DNA of 64,000 nucleotides from an uncultured Sterolibacterium sp. (GTDB lineage Bacteria; Pseudomonadota; Gammaproteobacteria; Burkholderiales; Rhodocyclaceae): NCBI GenBank assembly GCA_964521075.1, contig CAZFPI010000002.1, positions 4,548 to 68,547 of the forward strand, read 5' to 3'. Shown piece by piece: positions 56,351 to 64,000 of this stretch (position 1 is its first letter; each line of letters starts with the position of its first letter). The notes under the pieces were generated by a model. It saw only the letters and a program-made list of their open reading frames with translations, ran no database searches and was not told where the DNA came from. The position numbers and the translations under genes were made by a program.

Positions 56351-58012
56351 TCAGCGTTTCTGTCGCAACCAGCGGATCAGCCCGGCGGTCGAGCTGTTGA
56401 GCCCGGCAAATTCGGGGGTGGCGTCTTCGGGCTGGCCTTCCAGTAGCGGCAGAAGGCGGTCGGCCAGTTGCTTACCGTATTCGACTCCCCACTGGTCGAA
56501 GGAATTGATGCCCCAGAGGATGCCCTGGACGAAAACCTTGTGCTCGTAGAGAGCGAGCAGTTGCCCCAGGGTATAAGGGGTCAGCCCGGGCAATAGCAGG
56601 GTGGTCGAGGGCTGGTTGCCGGGAAAAACCTTGAAGGGGGCGAGCTGGTCGATCGTTGCGGCAGAAATCCCGGCGGCCTGCATTTCCCTGCGGGCTTCTT
56701 CCAGCGTTTTGCCCAGCATCATCGCCTCGCTCTGGGCAAGGCAGTTGGCGAGAACGGCCGCCTGACGACCGGGAAGATCGTAATCCGTTTCCTGAAAAGC
56801 GATGAAGTCGCAAGGAATCAGCCGCCCGCCCTGGTGAATGAGCTGAAAGAAAGCATGCTGGCCATTCGTCCCGGCCTCGCCCCAGAGAACGGGAGCCGTC
56901 GCACAGGCAACCGGCTGGCCTTCGCGCGTGAGCTGTTTGCCGTTACTCTCCATATCGAGCTGTTGCAGATAGGAAGGGAGGTATTCCAGCAGCTGGCTGT
57001 AGGGCAATACGGCCAGCGTTTCCGCACCGAGAAAGTCGATATTCCAGATGCCCAGCAAGGCCATGAGGGCAGGCAGATTGCCAGTAACGGGGGCTTCAAA
57101 AAAATGCTGATCCACGGCATGCCCGCCCGCCAGGAATTGCAGGAAGTTTTCATACCCGACTGCCAGCATCAGCGGCAGGCCGATGGCTGACCAGACCGAA
57201 AAGCGGCCCCCGACCCAGTCCCAGAATTCAAAGCAGCTTTCCGTGTCGATGCCAAATTCCGACACGGCGGGAAGATTGGTCGATATTGCGACGAAATGCC
57301 GTGCGACAGCGGCCTCCCCCAGCGTCCCCGTCAGCCAGCCACGGGCAGCCCGGGCATTCACCATGGTTTCGCGGGTGGTGAAGGATTTGCTGGCAACGAT
57401 GAAGAGGGTGGTTTCCGGGTCCAGCGGTGTCAGTGTCGTGAGCAGGTGGGCCGCATCGAGGTTGGAGACGAAATGAACGCAAAGATCGGGCTGATGAAAG
57501 GCAGTCAGGGCGGAAGCGGCCATGCGGGGGCCCAGATCGGAGCCGCCGATGCCGATATTCACAATATCCCGGATGGGCTGACCGGTCGCACCTCGCCAGC
57601 GGTGCTCGTGAATGTCGGCGCAGAAACTTCGCATCTTCTCCAGCACGGCCGCGACTTCGGGACGCGGCTGCGGCTCGCGCAAGGCTACATGCAGGACGGC
57701 GCGCTGCTCGCTGGTGTTGAGAATGTCACCCGAGCGCATCCGGGTGATCCAGCCAGGAACATTCGCCTCGAACCAGAGTTGCGCCAGGGCGGCCAGCACT
57801 TCCTCGCTCAGCCGCTGCTTGGAGTAATCAAGCAGCAGCCCCATGGATCGACACGAGAAACGCGCAAACCTGTCCGGGTCGGCGGCAAAGCGTTCGCGCA
57901 GGCTGATGCCGCTTTCCTTGTCACGCCGGGCAAGTTCCGAAAGCCTTTGCCAGGCGGAGCTGTGGCGCAGATCGAAGGAAACAAGGGAGGGCGAAGACAG
58001 GGATGCGGACAT
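56351..58012 (-). CDS. pgi: Glucose-6-phosphate isomerase
   Basis: 553 aa. Sequence includes DYSKQRL...NIGIGGSDLGP...GGRFSVWSAIGL...GINSFDQWGVEYGK. Confidence 0.95.
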   Translation of the reverse strand: MSASLSSPSLVSFDLRHSSAWQRLSELARRDKESGISLRERFAADPDRFARFSCRSMGLLLDYSKQRLSEEVLAALAQLWFEANVPGWITRMRSGDILNTSEQRAVLHVALREPQPRPEVAAVLEKMRSFCADIHEHRWRGATGQPIRDIVNIGIGGSDLGPRMAASALTAFHQPDLCVHFVSNLDAAHLLTTLTPLDPETTLFIVASKSFTTRETMVNARAARGWLTGTLGEAAVARHFVAISTNLPAVSEFGIDTESCFEFWDWVGGRFSVWSAIGLPLMLAVGYENFLQFLAGGHAVDQHFFEAPVTGNLPALMALLGIWNIDFLGAETLAVLPYSQLLEYLPSYLQQLDMESNGKQLTREGQPVACATAPVLWGEAGTNGQHAFFQLIHQGGRLIPCDFIAFQETDYDLPGRQAAVLANCLAQSEAMMLGKTLEEARREMQAAGISAATIDQLAPFKVFPGNQPSTTLLLPGLTPYTLGQLLALYEHKVFVQGILWGINSFDQWGVEYGKQLADRLLPLLEGQPEDATPEFAGLNSSTAGLIRWLRQKR

Positions 58013-58080
58013 GGCAAAGGCAGGGCGATTCGGGAAATTCGGCGAAGTTTAGCCCGGAAAGAGGGGTGGTGAATGCCAAA

Positions 58081-59685
58081 TCAATGACTGGTTCCGGCAG
58101 AACGGGTGATCTTGTTGTACAGATTGTATTTGCCGACAGGCTTGGAGGCCGGGATGCGCTTGACCTCTTTCAGCGTGGCGGCGTCGAAGACGATGACGGC
58201 TCCGTCTTTTTCCCAGAGGCTGGCCAGGGCGTAGCGGCCATCGCGGGTGAATTCGATGTGCGCCAGCGTCTTGCCGGGGACGGGGCGCAGCCGGGTGACG
58301 ACTTCCAGCGTACGCTTGTCGATGACCTGCAAGGTATCCTTGTCCGGGCTCATCATCGAATCGACCCAGGCATAGGGGGTTTTTTCATGGCTACGCATGA
58401 AGAAGCCGGGGCCCAGGGTGGGAATCTGCTTCACGGGCTTCCAGTCTTTCATGTCGATGACACTGACGATTCCTTCCTTCAGGTTGGGGCTGGCCAGCAC
58501 GGTGCGCCCCTGCCATTCCCAGGTGATCCCCGATCCCAGATGCGGCATGCCCGGCAAGGGAATGTCGGCAATTTTCTTTCGGGCATCGAGATTGACGACC
58601 TGGCCCTGGCCGCCTTCGCGCGATGCGCCGATGACGTGCTCGTAGCTCGCATCGAAGAAAAAATCATCGAGAGCGGCATCCAGCAGGGTACGGCGGGGAT
58701 AAAACCGCCCGGGAACGGGGTTACCCTCGCCCATGCGGAAATCATGCACCAGCCCTTCATAGACGGGCTCTGCCTTCGGGTCGTAGCTGATTTCCCATAT
58801 CTCGTTGATGTCTTTCATCGCCGCAATGAAACTCTTGCGCGGCGCGGCGTCGTACACCGCCGAGACACGCGAAGTCTGTTCACCCTTCTGGCTGCGGGCT
58901 TCGATGGTTTTCATCGGATTGAGACCGGCATCGAGCAATACCAGATTACGCGGCAGGTAATTGGCAGCCATGACATATTTCCCGTCCCCCGAGACGGCGA
59001 TATTGCGCGTATTGATGCCAACGCGGATTTCTGCCACGGTTTTGAGGTTCCAGATATCGAACTTTGTCACCCAGCCATCCCGCGAGGCGAAGAAAACGTA
59101 ACGGCCATCCGGCGTGAATTTCGGCCCGCCGTGGAGCGCGTAACGCGAAGGAAAGCGGTGCAGGCGTTCGAGCCTGTCGCCATCGAGGATGGAAACATGA
59201 TGGTCCCCCGTCTCGACGAGGACGAACAGATTCATCATGTCGGCCCGGCCGAAGACGGCGGAAGGTTTGTCAGGCAGGGAGCCGGGCGGAAAAGGCTCGA
59301 TGCGCGAGGCTTTCATCTGCGCGTCCGTCCATGCGGGAGCAGGCTTGACCGGCGTGTAAATCCAGTCCGTCATCGCCTGCATTTCCCCCGCACTCAGCCT
59401 CTCGGCAAAACCTTGCATCTGTGTGGCCGCGCGGCCTTCGCGAAGCGTTTTCAGTGCCTCGGGCTTACGCAGACGTTCGAGATTTTCCGGCAGCAGTGCC
59501 GGGCCCATGCCGCCTAACCTGTCCGCGCCGTGGCAGGCGGCGCAATGTTGCTGGTAGAGCTCCGAAGGTGCTGCGGCAAACCCCGGAGCAACATGAGCAA
59601 GAAAAACGGCAAGAACAAGAACCCCCCGGGTTTTTGCATTAGCGGACGCCGTTCTTTCTGAAAACATTTTTCCAAGGCCCGACAT
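58081..59685 (-). CDS. Cytochrome cd1 family protein (NirS/NirN-like: heme-c domain + d1-type beta-propeller)
   Basis: 534 aa; an alternative ATG is at 59667. It has a signal peptide and a CAACH heme-c motif. The propeller region includes VLVETGDHHVSILDG...HGGPKFTPDGRY...TRNIAVSGDGKY. Confidence 0.8.
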   Translation of the reverse strand: MSGLGKMFSERTASANAKTRGVLVLAVFLAHVAPGFAAAPSELYQQHCAACHGADRLGGMGPALLPENLERLRKPEALKTLREGRAATQMQGFAERLSAGEMQAMTDWIYTPVKPAPAWTDAQMKASRIEPFPPGSLPDKPSAVFGRADMMNLFVLVETGDHHVSILDGDRLERLHRFPSRYALHGGPKFTPDGRYVFFASRDGWVTKFDIWNLKTVAEIRVGINTRNIAVSGDGKYVMAANYLPRNLVLLDAGLNPMKTIEARSQKGEQTSRVSAVYDAAPRKSFIAAMKDINEIWEISYDPKAEPVYEGLVHDFRMGEGNPVPGRFYPRRTLLDAALDDFFFDASYEHVIGASREGGQGQVVNLDARKKIADIPLPGMPHLGSGITWEWQGRTVLASPNLKEGIVSVIDMKDWKPVKQIPTLGPGFFMRSHEKTPYAWVDSMMSPDKDTLQVIDKRTLEVVTRLRPVPGKTLAHIEFTRDGRYALASLWEKDGAVIVFDAATLKEVKRIPASKPVGKYNLYNKITRSAGTSH

Positions 59686-59753
59686 GGCTTATCGCCCTCC
59701 TGATAAAGCAGAATCGGCCAATTCTACTTGGCCGGGCCTGAATCGCCTTCCCA

Positions 59754-59769
59754 AAATGCGATTGCCCTG
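59754..59769 (+). repeat. Solo copy of the MITE terminal sequence AAATGCGATTGCCCTG
   Basis: This 16-nt stretch is identical to the right terminus of the element at 11855..12060. It is followed by the hairpin GAAGGCA-AACC-TGCCTTC and a degenerate second copy (ATTTGCCCTG at 59811-59820). Confidence 0.5.
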
Positions 59770-59899
59770 GAAGGCAAACCTGCCTTCAAAAACCCAATGT
59801 ATTTGCCCTGTAGAATCGCCACCGCTTTTGCGACGTTATCCAGAGACGGACGGGGTACGCCCCGAGCATAACAATCACCATTACCCTACGGAGAAACCG

Positions 59900-61435
59900 A
59901 TGCGAAAAATTGCTGGCTTGCTGCTGATGGCGGGATCATTGACCCTTCCCCTCCTGGCCTGTAACTCGGGCTCTTCCGGAGATGACAGTGCGGTAGCGGC
60001 AACACCGCAAGCCCCTGCCGGGCCTTTGATCGAAGGGCCGGTGAAGGGCGGGCTGGGCATGATTTCCGTCAGCTCGACCATGTTCCCGCTGGTTCCGCTG
60101 GGCTACAGCGCAGAAGAGTATTTTGTTTCCGGCAATGCGGGCAGTTTCGTCGCCGAGGGGGATTTGCCCACGAATGGTTTCTGGAGAACCCGGGCGACAG
60201 GAGAAAGTGCTGCCTACAAGACCCGCATCGTCGTTTATCGCCCTAAATCGGCCCGTAATTTCAATGGTACGGTGGTTGTGGAGTGGCTCAATGTGAGCGG
60301 CGGCCTGGATAGTGCGCCAGGCTGGATCAATGCCCATACCGAATTCATGCGCGAAGGGTATGCCTGGGTGGGGGTCACGGCCCAGAAGGAAGGCATTGAC
60401 GGTGGTGGCCCGATCGGCATGGTTGATTTGCCCTTGAAGAAATTCGATCTCAACCGTTATGGTGTATTGCAGCACCCGGGTAATCAGTATTCCTACGATA
60501 TTTTTACCCAGGCCGCGCGCCTGCTTCGCCAGCACAACGGTGCTGACCCGCTAGCCGGATTGACCATCAAAAAAATGATCGCCAGTGGAGAGTCGCAATC
60601 GGCGATGCGTTTGGTCACCTACGTCAATGGAATTGCGCCTTTGAATGGCGACAGGCTGTTTGACGGCTATCTGATTCACAGCCGGACTTTCGGCTCGGCA
60701 CCCTTGCTTGGGGATATTTCCCTGAGTACGAATACCAATGCCGTGATGCGGGTGCGAACAGATATCGCACCGGTACTGACGGTACAGACAGAAAGCGACA
60801 TCTTTTTACTCAATTATTACGGCAGCCGACAGGAGGATGGCCCCAACTTCCGTCTATGGGAAATCCCGGGGACTTCCCATGCCGATCTTTATACCCTCAA
60901 CGGCCTTTTCGACATCAATGGCAGCGACACCCAGTACGCTGAGGTCGCCGAGGTCAAGAAACCCATGGGGGGCATCATGAGCTGCGCCAAACCCGTGAAT
61001 TCGGGGCCGCAGCATTTTGTCATCAGTGCAGCCTATGCCGCATTGAACAAGTGGCTCACCCAGGAAGTTGCGCCTGCCACTGCACCGCGTATGGAGGCGA
61101 ATGCGACGGGGACGGATTTTGTGCGCGACAGCCATGGGAATGTGAAGGGGGGCATCCGAACACCCTATGTGGATGTACCGACGGCCACCCTGTCTGCCAA
61201 TGGGCAGCCCGGTAGCATGCTGACCATCGGCAAGGACAAGCAGAGCTTCTGCTTCCTGTTTGGCACGACGGCCCTGTTTGACAGCACGAAGCTCAAACAG
61301 CTTTATCCGACACACACGGCGTATGCGAATGCCGTTGGCGCGTCGGCTGATGCGGCACAGGCACAAGGCTTTCTGCTGCCGCCGGATGTGGCCCTCATCA
61401 AGAAGGCCGCGCAGGCATCGACGGTCGGCAACTGA
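59900..61435 (+). CDS. Lipoprotein, alpha/beta-hydrolase-like (tentative)
   Basis: 511 aa from the internal ATG, with GGAGAA upstream. It has a lipobox (LTLPLLAC) and a possible nucleophile-elbow-like ASGESQSA motif. The family call is tentative. Confidence 0.5.
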   Translation: MRKIAGLLLMAGSLTLPLLACNSGSSGDDSAVAATPQAPAGPLIEGPVKGGLGMISVSSTMFPLVPLGYSAEEYFVSGNAGSFVAEGDLPTNGFWRTRATGESAAYKTRIVVYRPKSARNFNGTVVVEWLNVSGGLDSAPGWINAHTEFMREGYAWVGVTAQKEGIDGGGPIGMVDLPLKKFDLNRYGVLQHPGNQYSYDIFTQAARLLRQHNGADPLAGLTIKKMIASGESQSAMRLVTYVNGIAPLNGDRLFDGYLIHSRTFGSAPLLGDISLSTNTNAVMRVRTDIAPVLTVQTESDIFLLNYYGSRQEDGPNFRLWEIPGTSHADLYTLNGLFDINGSDTQYAEVAEVKKPMGGIMSCAKPVNSGPQHFVISAAYAALNKWLTQEVAPATAPRMEANATGTDFVRDSHGNVKGGIRTPYVDVPTATLSANGQPGSMLTIGKDKQSFCFLFGTTALFDSTKLKQLYPTHTAYANAVGASADAAQAQGFLLPPDVALIKKAAQASTVGN

Positions 61436-61445
61436 ACGCCGGCTG

Positions 61446-62873
61446 TCAGTATCCGGCGTTCTTCAGGTTTTCGATCGAATAGAACGCCGGTTTGCCGTAA
61501 TCCGCATCGGGCGGATTGACGATGACGCCCTGGGGCTTGGCCTGCGTCAGGTCATAGACGGTATAGGTTCCGGCATTGAGGTCGTGATAGAAGGCCGAAA
61601 ACTGGTTGAAGATATTGGGCCCGGGCTGATATACGTTATTGACCCAGTTGAATTTCCAGATGCGGCCCTGGGCATCGTAGCTGTCTGCCATCGTAAACAG
61701 CCAGCTATCTTCATCCAGATACAGGGTGCGCTGCGGGTAGACATGGCGATACCCCTCCTTCACGCGGCCTTCGAGCACCCAGACGCGATGCAGCTCCCAG
61801 CGGATCAGATCAGGGTTTTCATGGTTGGGCGTGAGCAGGCGGGCATAGCGGCTCTCACCCACGGCCCGGTTTTCAAGCCGGTAATTGTTATAGGGAATGT
61901 AGATCTCGCGCTTGCCTTGCAGTTTCCATTCGTAACGCTCGCCCGATCCGTTGAAAAGTCGGGCGTCGTCGATGGTCAGCGTATTGGCCGAGGAAGGCAT
62001 GGGCATGTCGAAACCGAAGCCGGGAGCCTGCCGGACACGCCGGGTCGAAGCGATGTACTGCCAGGCCAGACGGGATTCGCGGTCCATCGAAAAGCGGTCG
62101 ATGACGCGGGTCATGATGCCTTTTTCGCGCTCCGGCGCGAGGGTGACGCCACGGGTGTAGGTGGACACGCCTTCGTATTTACGGCCACGCAGTTGCGGAT
62201 CATTCGCGCGGCTCAGGTTCCAGATGAGCTGCGCGCCCCAAACGATGCCGCCATTCGGATAAACGATGGCCAGATCCGTGTCGCGGTATTCGACATGAAC
62301 CAGCGCGGGCAAGACTCCGTTCCAGAGAAGTTCCTGCCCGTTCTTCGGGAAGGGAAAGGGGCTGGCCCCCATGTGGCCATCATTGAACGTCAGGCCGTTG
62401 GCGGCAAGCTCGGCATCGGCGGCATTCTGGGCGACGACACGGCAGATCGAGTCGTCATAGCGGAAATCCCGGTGCGCGGGATAGACCGACATACGGAAAG
62501 TCGCGGGGAACTTGCGGAACATGGCCCGCTGGCCTTCGCTCAGACGCTCCTGGTATTGCGCGTAGTTCTGTGCGGTGATGACGAACAGGGGTTTTTCAGC
62601 GGCATAGGGGTCACTTGGCAGACGCCCCGGCTCGGCAACCATGCCAGGAGCAGCACCCAGCCACTTGCCGGTGTATTCAGCAACCCCCGAGGCCGTACCG
62701 GCGCGCTCGGCACCCATGCAGGTGAGCTGCTTGCCGAGCTTGCCGATATCCTCCACCGTGGCCCGTGCATGGGCGGAGGACGCCAGCCCGCCGGAAATCG
62801 CCAGTACAAGCCCTAGCAGGGGGAGGCGGGCAGCGTTTTTGTTACCCTGGAAATATGCCGGCATATGGATCAT
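61446..62873 (-). CDS. DUF1329 family periplasmic/outer-membrane-associated protein
   Basis: About 475 aa from the internal ATG (MIHMPAYFQGNKNAARLPLLGLVLAISGGLASSAHA, a signal peptide). The sequence has DUF1329-like character (YTGKWLG...YPNGGIVWG...WELHRVWVLEG). The upstream part of ORF 61446..63059 is rejected because it overlaps metY. Confidence 0.65.
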   Translation of the reverse strand: MIHMPAYFQGNKNAARLPLLGLVLAISGGLASSAHARATVEDIGKLGKQLTCMGAERAGTASGVAEYTGKWLGAAPGMVAEPGRLPSDPYAAEKPLFVITAQNYAQYQERLSEGQRAMFRKFPATFRMSVYPAHRDFRYDDSICRVVAQNAADAELAANGLTFNDGHMGASPFPFPKNGQELLWNGVLPALVHVEYRDTDLAIVYPNGGIVWGAQLIWNLSRANDPQLRGRKYEGVSTYTRGVTLAPEREKGIMTRVIDRFSMDRESRLAWQYIASTRRVRQAPGFGFDMPMPSSANTLTIDDARLFNGSGERYEWKLQGKREIYIPYNNYRLENRAVGESRYARLLTPNHENPDLIRWELHRVWVLEGRVKEGYRHVYPQRTLYLDEDSWLFTMADSYDAQGRIWKFNWVNNVYQPGPNIFNQFSAFYHDLNAGTYTVYDLTQAKPQGVIVNPPDADYGKPAFYSIENLKNAGY

Positions 62874-62893
62874 CGCCTCTTTAGTCTCTTTGT

Positions 62894-64000
62894 TCAGACG
62901 GCCGCGAGGGCCTGCCCAAGGTCGTCGAGAATATCGTCGATGTGTTCGATGCCCACCGACAGGCGGACCGTGTCTTCGCTCACACCTGCCTTGGCGAGTT
63001 CTTCGGGCGAGAGCTGGCGATGCGTGGTGCTGGCCGGGTGGCAGGCCAGCGTCTTGCAATCCCCGATATTGACCAGGCGCACCACGAGCTTCAGGGCGTC
63101 CTGGAAGCGCGCGCCGCCTGCGATGCCATCTTGCACACCGAAAGTCAGCAGCCCTGAGGGCTTGCCGTCCAGATATTTTTTGGCCAGGGCATGGTCACGC
63201 TGGCCGGGAAGCCCGGCGTAATTCACCCATTTCACCTTGGGATGCTTCTGGAGGAATTGCGCGACCTTGAGCGTGTTGTCGGTAATCCTGTCCATACGCA
63301 AAGGCAAGGTTTCGATACCTTGCAGAATCATGAAGGCATTGAAGGGGGAAATCGCCCCGCCCGTGTTTCGCAGCGGCACGACGCGGGCACGGGCGATGAA
63401 GGCCGCCGCCCCCAGGGCTTCGGTATAAACCACGCCGTGATAGGAAGGATCGGGCTCGTTCAGGCGGCGGAATTTCTGCTTGTGCTGCGCCCAGGGGAAT
63501 TTGCCCGAATCGACAATGATGCCGCCCAGGGAATTGCCGTGGCCAGCCATGTATTTGGTCAGCGAATGGATGACGATATCCGCGCCATATTCAAAAGGCC
63601 GCAACAGGTAAGGCGTGGGAACGGTGTTATCGATGATGAGCGGGACACCGTTGCGGTGGGCAATGGCGGCCAGCGGTTCGAAATCGGTGATATTTCCCAG
63701 CGGATTGCCAATGGATTCGGCATAAACGGCCTTGGTCTTGTCATCGATCAGCGACTCAAAACTGTTCGGGTCATGCGGGTCGGCAAAGCGCACCGTGATG
63801 CCGAACTGCGGCAACGTATGGGCAAAAAGGTTGTAGGTTCCGCCGTAGAGCGTGCTCGACGACACAATGTTGTCGCCAGCTTCCGCAATGGTCAGGATGG
63901 CATAGGTAATGGCCGTTTGCCCCGAAGCCAGGGCCAGCGCGCCGATGCCGCCTTCCATCGCGGCGACACGCTTTTCCAGGACATCCTGGGTGGGATTCAT
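62894..64000 (-). CDS. metY: O-acetylhomoserine sulfhydrylase (PLP-dependent, MetY/MetZ family); 5' end outside the window
   Basis: 368 aa are visible. Sequence includes ALASGQTAITYAIL...IVIHSLTKYMAGHGNSLGG...VNIGDCKTLACHPASTTHRQL. The family is normally about 50 aa longer at the N-terminus. Confidence 0.9.
   Translation of the reverse strand: MNPTQDVLEKRVAAMEGGIGALALASGQTAITYAILTIAEAGDNIVSSSTLYGGTYNLFAHTLPQFGITVRFADPHDPNSFESLIDDKTKAVYAESIGNPLGNITDFEPLAAIAHRNGVPLIIDNTVPTPYLLRPFEYGADIVIHSLTKYMAGHGNSLGGIIVDSGKFPWAQHKQKFRRLNEPDPSYHGVVYTEALGAAAFIARARVVPLRNTGGAISPFNAFMILQGIETLPLRMDRITDNTLKVAQFLQKHPKVKWVNYAGLPGQRDHALAKKYLDGKPSGLLTFGVQDGIAGGARFQDALKLVVRLVNIGDCKTLACHPASTTHRQLSPEELAKAGVSEDTVRLSVGIEHIDDILDDLGQALAAV

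Noticed and set aside
58003-59517. 504-aa plus-strand ORF antisense to the cd1 gene
   Set aside because: Shadow ORF. The minus-strand protein has a signal peptide, a CAACH motif and propeller repeats.
59686-59899. FNR/DNR box upstream of the cd1 gene (TTGCGACGTTATCC)
   Set aside because: It has too many mismatches to TTGAT-N4-ATCAA. Not supported.
62874-63059. Upstream 62-aa extension of the DUF1329 ORF
   Set aside because: It overlaps the 3' end of metY on the same strand, is Arg/Pro/Gly-rich, and precedes a good signal peptide that starts at the internal Met.

Overview
High-GC proteobacterial chromosomal segment; GC was judged by eye, not computed. Gene content and synteny (pilGHI-pilJ-chpA without pilK/chpB, thiD-thiE-hemL) look betaproteobacterial, which is an inference. 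About 55 genes are supported. In order: ubiU-ubiV (O2-independent ubiquinone synthesis) with a candidate FNR box; yjdM; the Pil-Chp chemosensory operon pilG-pilH-pilI-pilJ-chpA; a 206-bp MITE-like insertion; thiD-thiE-hemL; a small putative NO-stress group (YkgJ-like, DUF2249, NnrS-like); a large Ig-like-repeat lipoprotein; a 9-gene MSHA/T2SS-like type IV filament assembly locus with no pilin genes in the window; glmS; a steroid/branched-lipid-type catabolic region (nitronate monooxygenase-like, two KstD-like flavoproteins, an igr-like ChsH2/ChsH1/Ltp2/FadE-FadE operon, a TonB-dependent receptor); a DUF3443/DUF2844 pair; liuABCDE; an HSD10-like SDR; pgi; an orphan cytochrome cd1 (NirS/NirN-like) gene; an alpha/beta-hydrolase-like lipoprotein; DUF1329; and partial metY. 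I saw no rRNA, tRNA, CRISPR array, prophage or intact IS. The best candidates for something new are (i) the pilin-less secretin/ATPase/platform locus, which has duplicated ExeA-like ATPases and an OmpA-type module cut off by a single in-frame stop, and (ii) the DUF3443 lipoprotein, which carries a full set of pepsin-like motifs. All product calls rest on motif and family recognition by eye; no database search was run.
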